Shown: positions 30,183-42,049, numbered from the stretch's first letter. The stretch: 64,000 nt of DNA from Verrucomicrobiota bacterium (GCA_040386955.1 JAZKER010000043.1:1847-65846); one strand, 5' to 3'. Made by a program: numbers and translations. The notes: a model not told the origin generated them from the sequence alone.

Positions 30183-30210
30183 TTGGTTAAATATTGTATT
30201 GTAACAATAT
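30173..30210. promoter_or_regulatory. Two adjacent palindromes at the arsR start: candidate operator
   Basis: ATTTAACCA-TT-TGGTTAAAT (30173-30192) spans the arsR ATG. ATATTGT-N6-ACAATAT lies at 30191-30210. Confidence 0.4.
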
Positions 30211-30328
30211 GAGCAAGAACGAATTTATCTTTTTTAACAGTGGGTGCCCGCGCTTGTTACGCGACTGACACCGGATTTTCGCGCTTCCAGCCTTCCCATT
30301 CGCTGCACCTTTCTTTACCATACCGCGC

Positions 30329-31225
30329 ATGAACCGCCAAACTGCCGCCGACTTTGATCAGGATCTCCTCAATCTGTATGACGACTATGCTCATGGCCGC
30401 GTGGATCGGCGGGGCTTTTTGGAGCGCGCCTCCCGATTCGCCGTGGGTGGGATCACTGCGGCGGCTCTGCTGGAAATGCTCAGCCCCAACTATGCCCTGG
30501 CCGAACAGGTGGCGAAGGACGATCCTCGCATCCAGGCTGCCTATGCGGAGTATGATTCGTCCCAGGGTGCGGGCAAGATGCGCGGCCTGCTGGTGAAGCC
30601 CGCCAAGGCGGAGGGCAAGCTTCCGGGCGTCCTGGTTATCCATGAAAACCGAGGCCTCAATCCTTACATCGAAGACGTGGCCCGCCGGGTGGCCGTGGCA
30701 GGCTATGTGGCCTTTGCTCCCGATGCCCTTTTCCCTCTCGGCGGTTATCCTGGCAGTGATGACAAGGGGCGTGAGATGCAGGCCAAACGCGATCCCGCGC
30801 AGATGACCGAGGACTTCATCGCCGCCGCCAAATGGCTGGCCGCACATGCCGGCTGCAATGGCAAGGTGGGCGTGGTCGGCTTTTGCTACGGAGGCGGCAT
30901 GTCAAACACACTTGCGGTTAGGTTGCCGGACGTCATTCGTGCCGCCGTCCCTTTCTACGGCCGCCAGCCCGCAGCCGAGGATGTGCCCAAGATCAAGGCC
31001 GCCCTGCTGATCCACAACGCCGAGATGGATCAAAAGGTCAACGAAGGCTGGCCAGCCTATGAAGCCGCATTGAAAAAGGCCAACGTCCGTTACACCGCCC
31101 ACATGTATCCGGGTGCCAATCACGGCTTCCACAATGACACGACACCGCGATATGATGCCGCCGCTGCCAAACTGGCCTGGGAAAGGACCCTCGCTTTCTT
31201 CAACGAGACCCTCAAGGCTGGCTAA
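30329..31225 (+). CDS. Dienelactone hydrolase family protein (Tat-like leader)
   Basis: [16 protein letters not shown] leader. [32 protein letters not shown]. Nucleophile elbow VGFCYGG. C-terminal [11 protein letters not shown]. Confidence 0.85.
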   Translation: MNRQTAADFDQDLLNLYDDYAHGRVDRRGFLERASRFAVGGITAAALLEMLSPNYALAEQVAKDDPRIQAAYAEYDSSQGAGKMRGLLVKPAKAEGKLPGVLVIHENRGLNPYIEDVARRVAVAGYVAFAPDALFPLGGYPGSDDKGREMQAKRDPAQMTEDFIAAAKWLAAHAGCNGKVGVVGFCYGGGMSNTLAVRLPDVIRAAVPFYGRQPAAEDVPKIKAALLIHNAEMDQKVNEGWPAYEAALKKANVRYTAHMYPGANHGFHNDTTPRYDAAAAKLAWERTLAFFNETLKAG

Positions 31226-31347
31226 ACTCCCTCTTTCTCTCGGTCTCAGAGCGCCGTGATGGAGATGAAATCCGTTCGCGGTCAAGCCTCTCGGTGGACT
31301 TGAACTCCGCCGTTCTTGTGGGTAGCTGATCTTCACCTTCATTCACC

Positions 31348-31815
31348 ATGCCTCACGTCCCCGGTCTCCGCAGTTGCTACGCCAAAGTTGGCCGCCTCAT
31401 CCACTTCGGCCGCATGCTTGATAAAATTCGTCTTCATGCCCAGAGCAGGCTTCCTGCCGACTACGTGCCACTCGTCGGCGATGCCCAAGTTTACACGCTC
31501 GACAGCCGCCTCTGCCGCTTCCTTGGCGTGCCTTATGAGATCATCCGGGACCACGTCCTTCTCCATCCCGCCGCGAGTGATGAGGACATCCTCGCCTGGA
31601 CTCAGGCACGCGGCGCTCTGCGTTCGGATGAAGAGTGCCACATTTGGAACCGCTTCATTGCCAAACTCGGCTGGCGGGATGAACGCAGCCACGTCCTCCC
31701 CCAGCGCATCATCGACAGCGGCCTAACCGGAAAGACCATCGAAACCCTCATCGACCACATTGAGTACGACGAAGGCCGTGACCCCGTCGCCGACCGCTCC
31801 TGGGAGAAGATCTAG
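31348..31815 (+). CDS. DUF5069-like protein
   Basis: N-terminal GRLIHFGRMLDKIRLHAQSRLPADY pattern, which I recognise as DUF5069-type. About 155 aa. Confidence 0.55.
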   Translation: MPHVPGLRSCYAKVGRLIHFGRMLDKIRLHAQSRLPADYVPLVGDAQVYTLDSRLCRFLGVPYEIIRDHVLLHPAASDEDILAWTQARGALRSDEECHIWNRFIAKLGWRDERSHVLPQRIIDSGLTGKTIETLIDHIEYDEGRDPVADRSWEKI

Positions 31816-31949
31816 CAGATCGTTGTCAGGCGTCATCGTTAGCAATCATTCTCCCATGTCCCCCTAACGCTGATGTTGGTATGCGACCGCGTCGCTGTCC
31901 TGGAATTTTGGTGACACGCCTGCTCTGGCGGGGTAAAGCAAGCGACTGT

Positions 31950-32744
31950 ATGTGGAACTTGCGAATGAATCAAATGTGGTTGGGCATCAGCCTTTTAATT
32001 TTTATGCCTGCAATGGTTCAGGCGGATGGAAAACATTTGGAAGTGATGGCTCCTCTCTGTAGGCAAAATGATTTTCATGGTAAACCACACTTGGTGACGG
32101 AAAGCAGTTTCGAGTCCCTCGAGGGGGATCATGACAAATTGGAATCCGTCAAGCGTTCTGAGTATGACAAAGATGGAAACGCGATCCGGGTGGAAACCTT
32201 TGATTCTTCAAATCGTAAGACTGACTCAGAGATATACACTTACGACGAGGGGGGCACGTGGGTATCACTTGTTGAATTGAGCGAGGGTACCCAAACCGCC
32301 TTTCAAATCTTTGTGGATCTCAAAACGAAACGCATCGCCAAGGTGGACCAGCGATCAAAAAATACCGAGTTCATCAGCTATTCCGAGCAAGGCTTTGAAT
32401 TGGGAAGTATTACTCAAACTATCGCAGGGAAGACCTTGGAGAAGACGACATTCAGGCGGAATGCCCTCAACAAAGAAGAACATGTTCTTTTTGAAGAGCC
32501 GATTGGAAAAAAGACATCCGAATTTATCATCCAATGGCTGCCCGAGGGCTTTGAGCGTACTTCCACCATCATCATGCACGACAAGGACGGGGATCAATTC
32601 GTCATGACTTATGAATACCCTGAAATCGATTCGGCAGGGAATTGGCTGACCCAGATTGAAAAATCAGTTCTGATTCTAAAGAACGGCGAAAAACGTTCAC
32701 TGCCAACTGTGACCAACAAACGAAAGATCTCCTATTATCCTTAG
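31950..32744 (+). CDS. Orphan secreted protein, AT-rich gene, with YD-like motifs
   Basis: Visibly lower GC than its neighbours. Signal-like segment MWNLRMNQMWLGISLLIFMPAMVQA. Motifs YDKDGN and YTYDEGG. Start is ambiguous (31881, 31950, 31965 or 31974). Confidence 0.5.
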   Translation: MWNLRMNQMWLGISLLIFMPAMVQADGKHLEVMAPLCRQNDFHGKPHLVTESSFESLEGDHDKLESVKRSEYDKDGNAIRVETFDSSNRKTDSEIYTYDEGGTWVSLVELSEGTQTAFQIFVDLKTKRIAKVDQRSKNTEFISYSEQGFELGSITQTIAGKTLEKTTFRRNALNKEEHVLFEEPIGKKTSEFIIQWLPEGFERTSTIIMHDKDGDQFVMTYEYPEIDSAGNWLTQIEKSVLILKNGEKRSLPTVTNKRKISYYP

Positions 32745-32787
32745 CCCGCCCCGGAAGTCAGGCAAGGCGCGAGAGTTGAGAGTTAGG

Positions 32788-33579
32788 TTAGCTCACCTCA
32801 ACTGAACTGCCCAGCCAAGCATCAAAGCGCGTCGTGCCGAGCAGGGGATTCGCACCGGGCGTGAGGCTCTGGTCATTGACCTCGGTGCCAAAGTATCCGG
32901 CACCAGGGTCTGTCTCCACCGTGCGGTCATCCTGGGTCGCGTTCAGGTAGCGGCGGGCGATTTCATCCAGCCGGATCGGCTCGGGACCGGCCAGCTCCAT
33001 CATGCCTTGGGCAGGCGCAGCGAGGGCGATCTCCACCAAAGCGGTGGCCACATCTTCCGCGGCAATCGGCTGCATGAGCACCGAGGACAAACGCACCGTC
33101 TGCTCCACCGTGCTGGCGTGGGCAATGCTGCCGATGAACTCAAAAAACTGCGTCGCACGGACGATCGTGTAAGGAATGGGGGATGCCTTGATGAGCTGTT
33201 CCTGCGCCAACTTCGCACGGAAGTAACCGCTGGCCAGCAGACGCTCCGTGCCCACCACAGACAGCGCGATGTGATGCTTCACTCCAGCGGCCTTTTCAGC
33301 TGCCAGCAGGTTGCGGCCCGAGGTCTCAAAGAAGTCCATCACAGGTCCGTCTTCAAAGGAGGGCGAATTCGCCACATCCACCACCACCTGGGCACCTGCC
33401 AGCGCCTCTGCCAAGCCTTCACCCGTCAGGGTATTGACACCCGTGCGGGGAGAGGCGGCCACCACCTCGTGCCCCCGCTGGCGAAGCTTGTTGGTGAGCT
33501 TGCCTCCGATGAGGCCAGTGCCGCCGATGATGACGATTTTCATATTCTTGTTTTTGTTGCTGGATGTTTGGTTATTCAT
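32788..33579 (-). CDS. NmrA-like / atypical SDR NAD(P)H-binding protein
   Basis: MKIVIIGGTGLIGGKL Rossmann motif. It is divergent from a LysR regulator gene. Confidence 0.8.
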   Translation of the reverse strand: MNNQTSSNKNKNMKIVIIGGTGLIGGKLTNKLRQRGHEVVAASPRTGVNTLTGEGLAEALAGAQVVVDVANSPSFEDGPVMDFFETSGRNLLAAEKAAGVKHHIALSVVGTERLLASGYFRAKLAQEQLIKASPIPYTIVRATQFFEFIGSIAHASTVEQTVRLSSVLMQPIAAEDVATALVEIALAAPAQGMMELAGPEPIRLDEIARRYLNATQDDRTVETDPGAGYFGTEVNDQSLTPGANPLLGTTRFDAWLGSSVEVS

Positions 33580-33653
33580 GGCGAGGTCAGCATGGCATCA
33601 GCATCGCTTTCCGTGTAGCCACCCCTTCCGCATAACAGTCATTCAACATTTGC

Positions 33654-34580
33654 ATGAGAGCCTTTGAAGACCTGACCCTGCTTCGTGCCTTCGTTAGCAT
33701 CGTCGAATCCGGCAGCATCTCCGCTGCGGCACGTCGCCTGCGAGTGTCTCAGCCCACCCTCAGCCGCCAGCTGCGGTCTCTGGAGGAACTGTGCGGCACT
33801 GCACTTCTGCGCCGGGACACCCATCAGATGAGCGTGACGGAGACCGGGCAGCGCTTCCTGGCCGATGCCAGGACCCTGCTGGGCCATGCCGAGGAGGCCG
33901 CCCGTCGCCTGCATGCAGATCACACCACCTTGAGCGGCCAGCTGCATTTGTTTGCCACGGTGGACCTGGGGCAGTGGGTGGTCACACCTTTGGTTAGCCA
34001 GTTCTTGCAGGCAAACCCTCAGGTCAGCGCCACCCTGGCCTTGAACAACCGTCCCCTGCACATGATCCAGGAAGGCTGCGACGTCGGGATTGTACCGGGC
34101 AGGATCACTGATGACAGCGTCATCGCCCGTCCCGCAGGCGTCATCCCTCTGCACCTCGCGGCCTCACCCGCCTTGGTCCAGGGCCGGCCTCCGGTGAAGA
34201 CACTGGCCGATCTGAAGCCCTGGCCCTGGGTCTCCCTGTCAGGCTCTCATTTCTGGGGCACGACGGACGTCACCCTTTACGATTCCAAAGGTGCCGCTCA
34301 GACCTTGCCGACCACGCCCGTCCTCGTCTCGGAAGGCGTCACCAGCATCCGTGAAGCCGTGCGCGAGGGTCTCGGCGTTGCATTGCTGCCGGATTGGCTG
34401 ATCGAAAAAGACCTCGAGGCAGGTACCCTTGTGCGCGTCCTGCCAAGGCTCAAGGCCAAGGACCTGCCCATCCACGTGGTCTATGCCGGCCAGCGCGTGC
34501 TCCCCGCCCGCGTCAGTGCCTTCATTGACTTTGCCGTTCGATCTCTGATGACATTCGGCAAAGCCCCGCCCAAGCCCTGA
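33654..34580 (+). CDS. LysR-family transcriptional regulator
   Basis: HTH FVSIVESGSISAAARRLRVSQPTLSRQLRSLEE plus a LysR substrate-binding-like C-domain. Confidence 0.9.
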   Translation: MRAFEDLTLLRAFVSIVESGSISAAARRLRVSQPTLSRQLRSLEELCGTALLRRDTHQMSVTETGQRFLADARTLLGHAEEAARRLHADHTTLSGQLHLFATVDLGQWVVTPLVSQFLQANPQVSATLALNNRPLHMIQEGCDVGIVPGRITDDSVIARPAGVIPLHLAASPALVQGRPPVKTLADLKPWPWVSLSGSHFWGTTDVTLYDSKGAAQTLPTTPVLVSEGVTSIREAVREGLGVALLPDWLIEKDLEAGTLVRVLPRLKAKDLPIHVVYAGQRVLPARVSAFIDFAVRSLMTFGKAPPKP

Positions 34581-34610
34581 AGATGGCGATTGAGCAGCTC
34601 GTGCATCCCT

Positions 34611-35072
34611 TCAGGCTTTCGATGGCCATTCAGTCCCCGCGAGTTCGGGCGGCAATTGAGTCGGGTCCACCGGGTAGATCAAAGACATGTCAGGCGGCGT
34701 GGTCGCGCTTGGCAGGAATTCAGTTTCCTCGGGGCCACCGATGATCAGCCAAAGCACTTCGCTTTCAGTGTCATTAAACACCTGACGGAGCTGATCTGGC
34801 CCCACCAGCACCCCGCCGTATCGGGGGAGGGTCAGACTTTCCTCGCCCACTCTCAGGCGACCTGTGCCTTCCAGCACAAAGTAAAATTCCTCCGCTCGCA
34901 CGTGCTTGTGCAGGGTGTTGGCACTGCCGGGCGGCAGTCGCCACAGTCGCGCGCCCAGATTCTCACTGCCCGTGCGCTCGAGGTAGTCCGCATTCGGGAT
35001 CTTCATCAGATTCGACAGCCGCCATGAAAGGTCTTCTGGCCGGATGAGATGGTAACCCTGGATGGCGTTCAT
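34611..35072 (-). CDS. Cupin-domain protein
   Basis: LHKHVRAEEFYFVLEGTG...GEES cupin motif 1 and 2 pattern. About 150 aa. Confidence 0.7.
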   Translation of the reverse strand: MNAIQGYHLIRPEDLSWRLSNLMKIPNADYLERTGSENLGARLWRLPPGSANTLHKHVRAEEFYFVLEGTGRLRVGEESLTLPRYGGVLVGPDQLRQVFNDTESEVLWLIIGGPEETEFLPSATTPPDMSLIYPVDPTQLPPELAGTEWPSKA

Positions 35073-35147
35073 ACAAAGAAGCGGCGTTGAAAAGCGCGAC
35101 TCAAACGAAGCGACGAAAGGTGAGCGGATGTGTGGTTGAGTAACTCC

Positions 35148-35645
35148 TCATCGTCCCACCACTTCCAACAGCTCCACCTGAAAGATCAGGTCGCTGTTCG
35201 GCGGAATTTTGCCGCCCACGGCACGGTTGCCATAGGCCAGCCGGGCAGGGATAAGCAGTAGCCACTTGTCTCCCGGTTTCATCAGCTGAAGCGCCTCCGT
35301 CCAGCCGGGAATCACCTGGCCCACGCCAAAGGTCGCAGGCTGGCCGCGCTCGATCGAGCTGTCGAAGACCGTGCCATCAGCGAGCGTGCCGTGGTAGTGA
35401 ACCGAAACGGAATCGCTGTAGGAGGGCGATCTGCCGTAGGTGGGCCCAGAGGCCAGCACCCGATATTGCAGACCGCTGGCGGTCGTCACCACACCGGAAG
35501 GGGATACGCTGGGCGTTACAGCCGCCGCACCACCCACACCCGGCACTGGCGGCTGCCGCACTGTCTTCTTCTTTTTCACAGGTTCCGTTTGGCAGGCCGT
35601 GAGGCACAGCAGGAGGGCGGCAGAGAAAAAAGGAAAAAGCTTCAT
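35148..35645 (-). CDS. FKBP-type peptidyl-prolyl isomerase lipoprotein
   Basis: Lipobox LLCLTAC. VHYHGTLADGTVFDSS...FGVGQVIPGWTEAL...IPARLAYG. Confidence 0.9.
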   Translation of the reverse strand: MKLFPFFSAALLLCLTACQTEPVKKKKTVRQPPVPGVGGAAAVTPSVSPSGVVTTASGLQYRVLASGPTYGRSPSYSDSVSVHYHGTLADGTVFDSSIERGQPATFGVGQVIPGWTEALQLMKPGDKWLLLIPARLAYGNRAVGGKIPPNSDLIFQVELLEVVGR

Positions 35646-35816
35646 GGAATGAAAAAAGGGGAATGGCAGACTGCACCGGAATATGTTCAGAAAGGGCCGC
35701 CCAGAGCCAGCACTTTTTCATCGGCAAGGGCGGATCCTTTCTTCAGCCTCCTTTTCCATCTGGCCTGTTTCAAGCTTCACGCATCTATAGACGAACGTGG
35801 AATTTCCAGGTATTAA

Positions 35817-38192
<2,376 letters not shown>

Positions 38193-38210
38193 TACCTGAG
38201 GTTAGGCATT

Positions 38211-38256
38211 CACCACACGCCCCCGGATCTTCATCAGGTCCGGGGGCTTTTTGTGT
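38211..38256 (+). terminator. katG terminator = copy A of a repeated terminator element
   Basis: Hairpin cccccgga (38220-38227) with tccggggg (38239-38246), then ctttttgtgt. It is near-identical to 41934-41980. Confidence 0.75.
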
Positions 38257-38697
38257 GCACAGACGAAGCCTTTCTCGGGAGGAAGAGGCGTGTCAAAGTC
38301 TGCCGGGTGGAAGTCTCCTCTGCTGCATCCGGATTCCAGGGATAGCTGTGTGGCCACTACCTGCTCGGGCAGCACATGATCTCGCATCACGGCGGGACTA
38401 AAGGCGACGGAGGACTCCCTGGCTTGAGAGAGGCATTCTGCGCACGTCTCGAGGCACGGAAGTTTCAAATTGAGATCGCTTGGCTTCTTATTATTAGATT
38501 AATAGATTAAGTATTAAATTATATAATGTGGAATCAAGTTGGGGTTTAAGGTATTGGGTAAAAGATTGAATGAAACGATATTTTGTGAATAAACATCTAG
38601 TAAAAATAATCCGATTGCGCAATGGATGTCTTCGTTGATCGCTAAAATAAACATTAATAATATGCTTAAAATACATAAGATCCGTCGCATTGGAGAA

Positions 38698-40050
38698 ATG
38701 GGTAAAAATACCCTATGTCTAGTTTTTGCATGTACCTCGCTGACCCTGATGGGGGCGGAAGATCCGTTCGCCAATAGCCAGACGCAGGCTCCTTCCGAGT
38801 ATAAAGGCCCGCAATTTGCCTTGAGTCATGCCTACCCCGGGGATCTTCCACCCCCGCCGATGCCTTGGCGTGAGACCCTCAAAGGGCAGCCCATATCGAA
38901 GGAGACGGCGAGTGCGTATGCGGATGTGCTCAAGGAGACGGTTTCGACGGACATGAAGGTCCTGATCGCCGACTACCCGGCTTGGAATGCGGGAGAGCGC
39001 GGTTGGTTCAATCAGCCTTGGCTCTCATCCATCCGGGAACCCATCCACGGCATGTTCCAGGCCACCACGACCAATGCGAGCCTCTTCAATGACCCGGCTC
39101 TCAAGGTCAATTACATGAATGACTTCGGCGCCGTTTATTACAATCCCACTGCAGCCGTCACATTGGGGCGTTTTTGGGGGAGTTCCGCCATGAAGCCAAA
39201 CCTCATCACGGAGGCGGCTCAGTTCCCCGAGGGCTCCATCATCGTGAAGCTTGCGTTTACGCAGATCACTGCGGAAGAATGGCCCATGTTGGCCGGATCT
39301 CCCTCGTGGCAGATCTTTGCCAATGAGGTCAATTCGAAAAACGGAAATCCGGCGGATAAACCGACCCTGTTCAATGTCCAGCTGCTGCAGATGGACATCA
39401 TTGTGAAGGATTCGGTCGCAGCACCGAAGACCGGATGGGTCTTCTCGACCTTGGTTTATGATAACCGCATCCAAGGCGATTTCTGGCAGCGGATGATCCC
39501 GCTCGGCGCCATGTGGGGCAATGATCCGGACGTGAACTCGTCCGTTGAGCCGGGTGTTCGGGCTCCGCTGAACGAGACCTGGATCAATCCCGCCTCGCCC
39601 GCCTATGCTCAGGCGACTCTGGGCTGGGGCGGACGCCTGTCCGGCCCCAATGATCAGGCCGTGCAGGCGGCTGGTGAATACATTGATCCGGCCACTGGCA
39701 AACCAGGCACCGTTCCTGTGGCCAACTCCTCGTGCATGAGCTGCCACAGTCCGGCGGAATGGCAGAATCAGTCATTTCTCATGCCGGGTCATATCGACGA
39801 AAAGCTTGGCTACGTCATGGCGACGCCGGGCTCTCCCGACTGGTTCCGATGGTTCCAGAACCGTCCCGGCACAGTGCCCATGGACGAGGGCAGCATCGCC
39901 TTGGACTACGATATGATGTTTTCATTCAAGGCCCTCAAGCTATGGGCCGCCGCGAATCAGAAACCGGTGGACAACCTTCGCCTCTTCAAGCGCCCAAGCG
40001 AAATGTTGCTGATGAAAAAGCGGCTGGCTGCTCCCTCCGAGAACAAATAA
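38698..40050 (+). CDS. Secreted protein with a single CxxCH heme-c motif
   Basis: GGAG sits 3 nt upstream of the ATG at 38698. Signal peptide MGKNTLCLVFACTSLTLMGA. CMSCH at 39733-39747. No other motif recognised. The track start at 38626 lies in the AT-rich leader. Confidence 0.55.
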   Translation: MGKNTLCLVFACTSLTLMGAEDPFANSQTQAPSEYKGPQFALSHAYPGDLPPPPMPWRETLKGQPISKETASAYADVLKETVSTDMKVLIADYPAWNAGERGWFNQPWLSSIREPIHGMFQATTTNASLFNDPALKVNYMNDFGAVYYNPTAAVTLGRFWGSSAMKPNLITEAAQFPEGSIIVKLAFTQITAEEWPMLAGSPSWQIFANEVNSKNGNPADKPTLFNVQLLQMDIIVKDSVAAPKTGWVFSTLVYDNRIQGDFWQRMIPLGAMWGNDPDVNSSVEPGVRAPLNETWINPASPAYAQATLGWGGRLSGPNDQAVQAAGEYIDPATGKPGTVPVANSSCMSCHSPAEWQNQSFLMPGHIDEKLGYVMATPGSPDWFRWFQNRPGTVPMDEGSIALDYDMMFSFKALKLWAAANQKPVDNLRLFKRPSEMLLMKKRLAAPSENK

Positions 40051-40105
40051 CGGCCGCTGGTTGACACCTGCAAACTCGAACGCGCTGAGAAGACGGCTAG
40101 TGAAT

Positions 40106-40133
40106 GGAGCGGGAGCCTGCGGGCTCTCGCTCC
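40106..40133 (+). other. Intercistronic stem-loop between heme-c gene and flavoprotein gene
   Basis: ggagcgggagcc-tgcg-ggctctcgctcc forms a 12-bp stem with 1 mismatch. There is no T-tract, so it is more likely an mRNA processing or stability element than a terminator. Confidence 0.4.
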
Positions 40134-40197
40134 CACAAGTATCCGATCCTGTCGAAGCAGGGATCTCAGGCACCCCGTATCCACATGACCCACTTGC

Positions 40198-41916
40198 ATG
40201 ATGAACCATACCTATAAAACCTTTTTCGAAGGAGACGCGCCAAAACCGGCCGGGATATCCCTGGGCTATCCGGTCCCCGGGCCACAATCGGCCAGTGCAG
40301 ATCAGATCGCCAACGCTGCCTTCTTTGCCTCCGCCTGCGACTGGAACACCGTTCTCACGGAGACCTTTGATTTCATCGTGGTCGGCACCGGCCCTACCGG
40401 CGTGGCCTTTATCGAGGAATCGTTCCGCCTCAATCCCAAGGCAAGGATTCTGGTCCTTGATCGTGGCGGCTTTTGGCTGCCGGTGCATTACCAGATGCTG
40501 GCCACCAGTTTCCAGGCCACGGGCGGCTCTCCTCCCACCACTTACCCGTGGACCCGGACCACCCAGATGGTGACGACAGGCGAGAAGTTTTTTCAGGCCG
40601 GTTACATGCCCATCGTTGGCGGGCGCTCAAGCTACTGGAGCGCCTGGTGCCCGATGCCAAACCCGGATCAGATGCGCGACTGGCCGGACGAAGTCATCGC
40701 GGTGACGCAGCAGCCCGGCTTTTGGGAACGGGCCAAAAAATTCCTGCATGTCACCTCCATGGACCAAATCCAGGATGGCGTTTACGGGAACCTTCAAACG
40801 CAGCTCGACTCAAACATTCAGCAGAACTTCAGGCGGCTCGTCCCGACGGCCCAGCACGCTTATGCGGCCCCTATCGCCGTGGATATCCCAGAATGGAAAT
40901 CGGTGAAGTTCTTCAAATACTCGACGGTCGGCACTTTGTTCGACCTTTATGAGGCGCAAAAAGCCCTGGCCGCGGCCGGGAAGGGCACCGCATTGACAAT
41001 GGCCGACCACTGCGTGGTCGATCGGATGATTCACGACGGGCAGGGCTCTGTCATCGCGCTGGAGACAAGCCGGGGACCTCTGCCAGTCGGGAATGCCAAG
41101 GTGATTTTGTCCATGGGGGCGATACCGCCGGCGACGCTGCTGATGAACTCGTTTGGGGATCGCCTGCCCAATGCCGGCCAGCGATACACAGGGCATTTCA
41201 TGTCGCATGTCACCGCCCGGGTCAGGCGCTCCGCCTTTAAGGATTTGTCTTCGCTGGAAATCGCGGCGCTTTACCTGGATGGCAAGGCCGCCAACGGCTT
41301 GCAATACCATGTGCAGACCAGCGCCTTTTCAGCGACTGATCCCGTCGCAGACGCGGGTACCATCGCTCGGGAGGCCCCCGATGCGGCGGCCGTCGCCACA
41401 CCGGCTCAATTGGGCGAGTCGGTGGAGTACGTGGTCTTTGTTTGCGCAACCCTGGGGGAGGTAAGCGAGAAAAATCCGGACAATTGGCTCAGGCGCAATG
41501 GCGGCGGCGATCCGACCACCAACATTTCGCTCCAGCTGACGCTCAACTCTGACGATTACGACCTATGGGAGGTGCTCGATGCCGCGACCTACCAGAACAT
41601 CGAAGCCATGACCGCGCCTGCTGGTGCCGCCGCGCCGGTTGTCGAATACTGGGTTGAGCAGCCCGATGGCACCGGCAAATGGGAAACCACAAAGCCACCT
41701 CGGGAACAGATTCGCCTCAACATCATTGTGCACGAAGCCTCCCCTCTCTGGATGGGAACCGATGCCCGGACGTCGGTGGTCGGGCTCGATTATCGTCCGC
41801 ACGGTGTTGCCAACGTCTATGTCACAGGGGCATCGCTGTTCCCCACTTGCGGCTCATGGAATCCGACCCTCACGATGTGCGGGCTCGCTCAGGATCTCGC
41901 CAGCCGGCTCGCATAA
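40198..41916 (+). CDS. GMC / pyranose-oxidase-like FAD-dependent oxidoreductase
   Basis: N-terminal FDFIVVGTGPTGVAF dinucleotide fold, GGRSSYWSAWCP, and the C-terminal GMC block NVYVTGASLFPTCGSWNPTLTMCGLA. Confidence 0.7.
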   Translation: MMNHTYKTFFEGDAPKPAGISLGYPVPGPQSASADQIANAAFFASACDWNTVLTETFDFIVVGTGPTGVAFIEESFRLNPKARILVLDRGGFWLPVHYQMLATSFQATGGSPPTTYPWTRTTQMVTTGEKFFQAGYMPIVGGRSSYWSAWCPMPNPDQMRDWPDEVIAVTQQPGFWERAKKFLHVTSMDQIQDGVYGNLQTQLDSNIQQNFRRLVPTAQHAYAAPIAVDIPEWKSVKFFKYSTVGTLFDLYEAQKALAAAGKGTALTMADHCVVDRMIHDGQGSVIALETSRGPLPVGNAKVILSMGAIPPATLLMNSFGDRLPNAGQRYTGHFMSHVTARVRRSAFKDLSSLEIAALYLDGKAANGLQYHVQTSAFSATDPVADAGTIAREAPDAAAVATPAQLGESVEYVVFVCATLGEVSEKNPDNWLRRNGGGDPTTNISLQLTLNSDDYDLWEVLDAATYQNIEAMTAPAGAAAPVVEYWVEQPDGTGKWETTKPPREQIRLNIIVHEASPLWMGTDARTSVVGLDYRPHGVANVYVTGASLFPTCGSWNPTLTMCGLAQDLASRLA

Positions 41917-41933
41917 TTCCCAGGCTCAGGCCT

Positions 41934-41980
41934 CACCACACGCCCCCGGATCTCCCTCAGGTCTGGGGGCGTTTTTGTGT
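41934..41980 (+). terminator. Terminator = copy B of the repeated element
   Basis: caccacacgcccccggatctccctcaggtctgggggcgtttttgtgt matches about 43 of 47 aligned positions with copy A. Similarity continues weakly for about 20 nt further. Confidence 0.75.
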
Positions 41981-42049
41981 CTCCGAAGCAGCCTTCGCCC
42001 GCCATCTTCAACCCTTCAAGGATACCAATGCGCAGGGCAGGGGGCAAGC

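Noticed and set aside
38202-38468. 88-aa minus-strand ORF downstream of katG
   Set aside because: It reads straight through the katG terminator hairpin. Its C-terminal PPDL.KIRGRVV is just the translated repeat element; the same string appears in an ORF over copy B.
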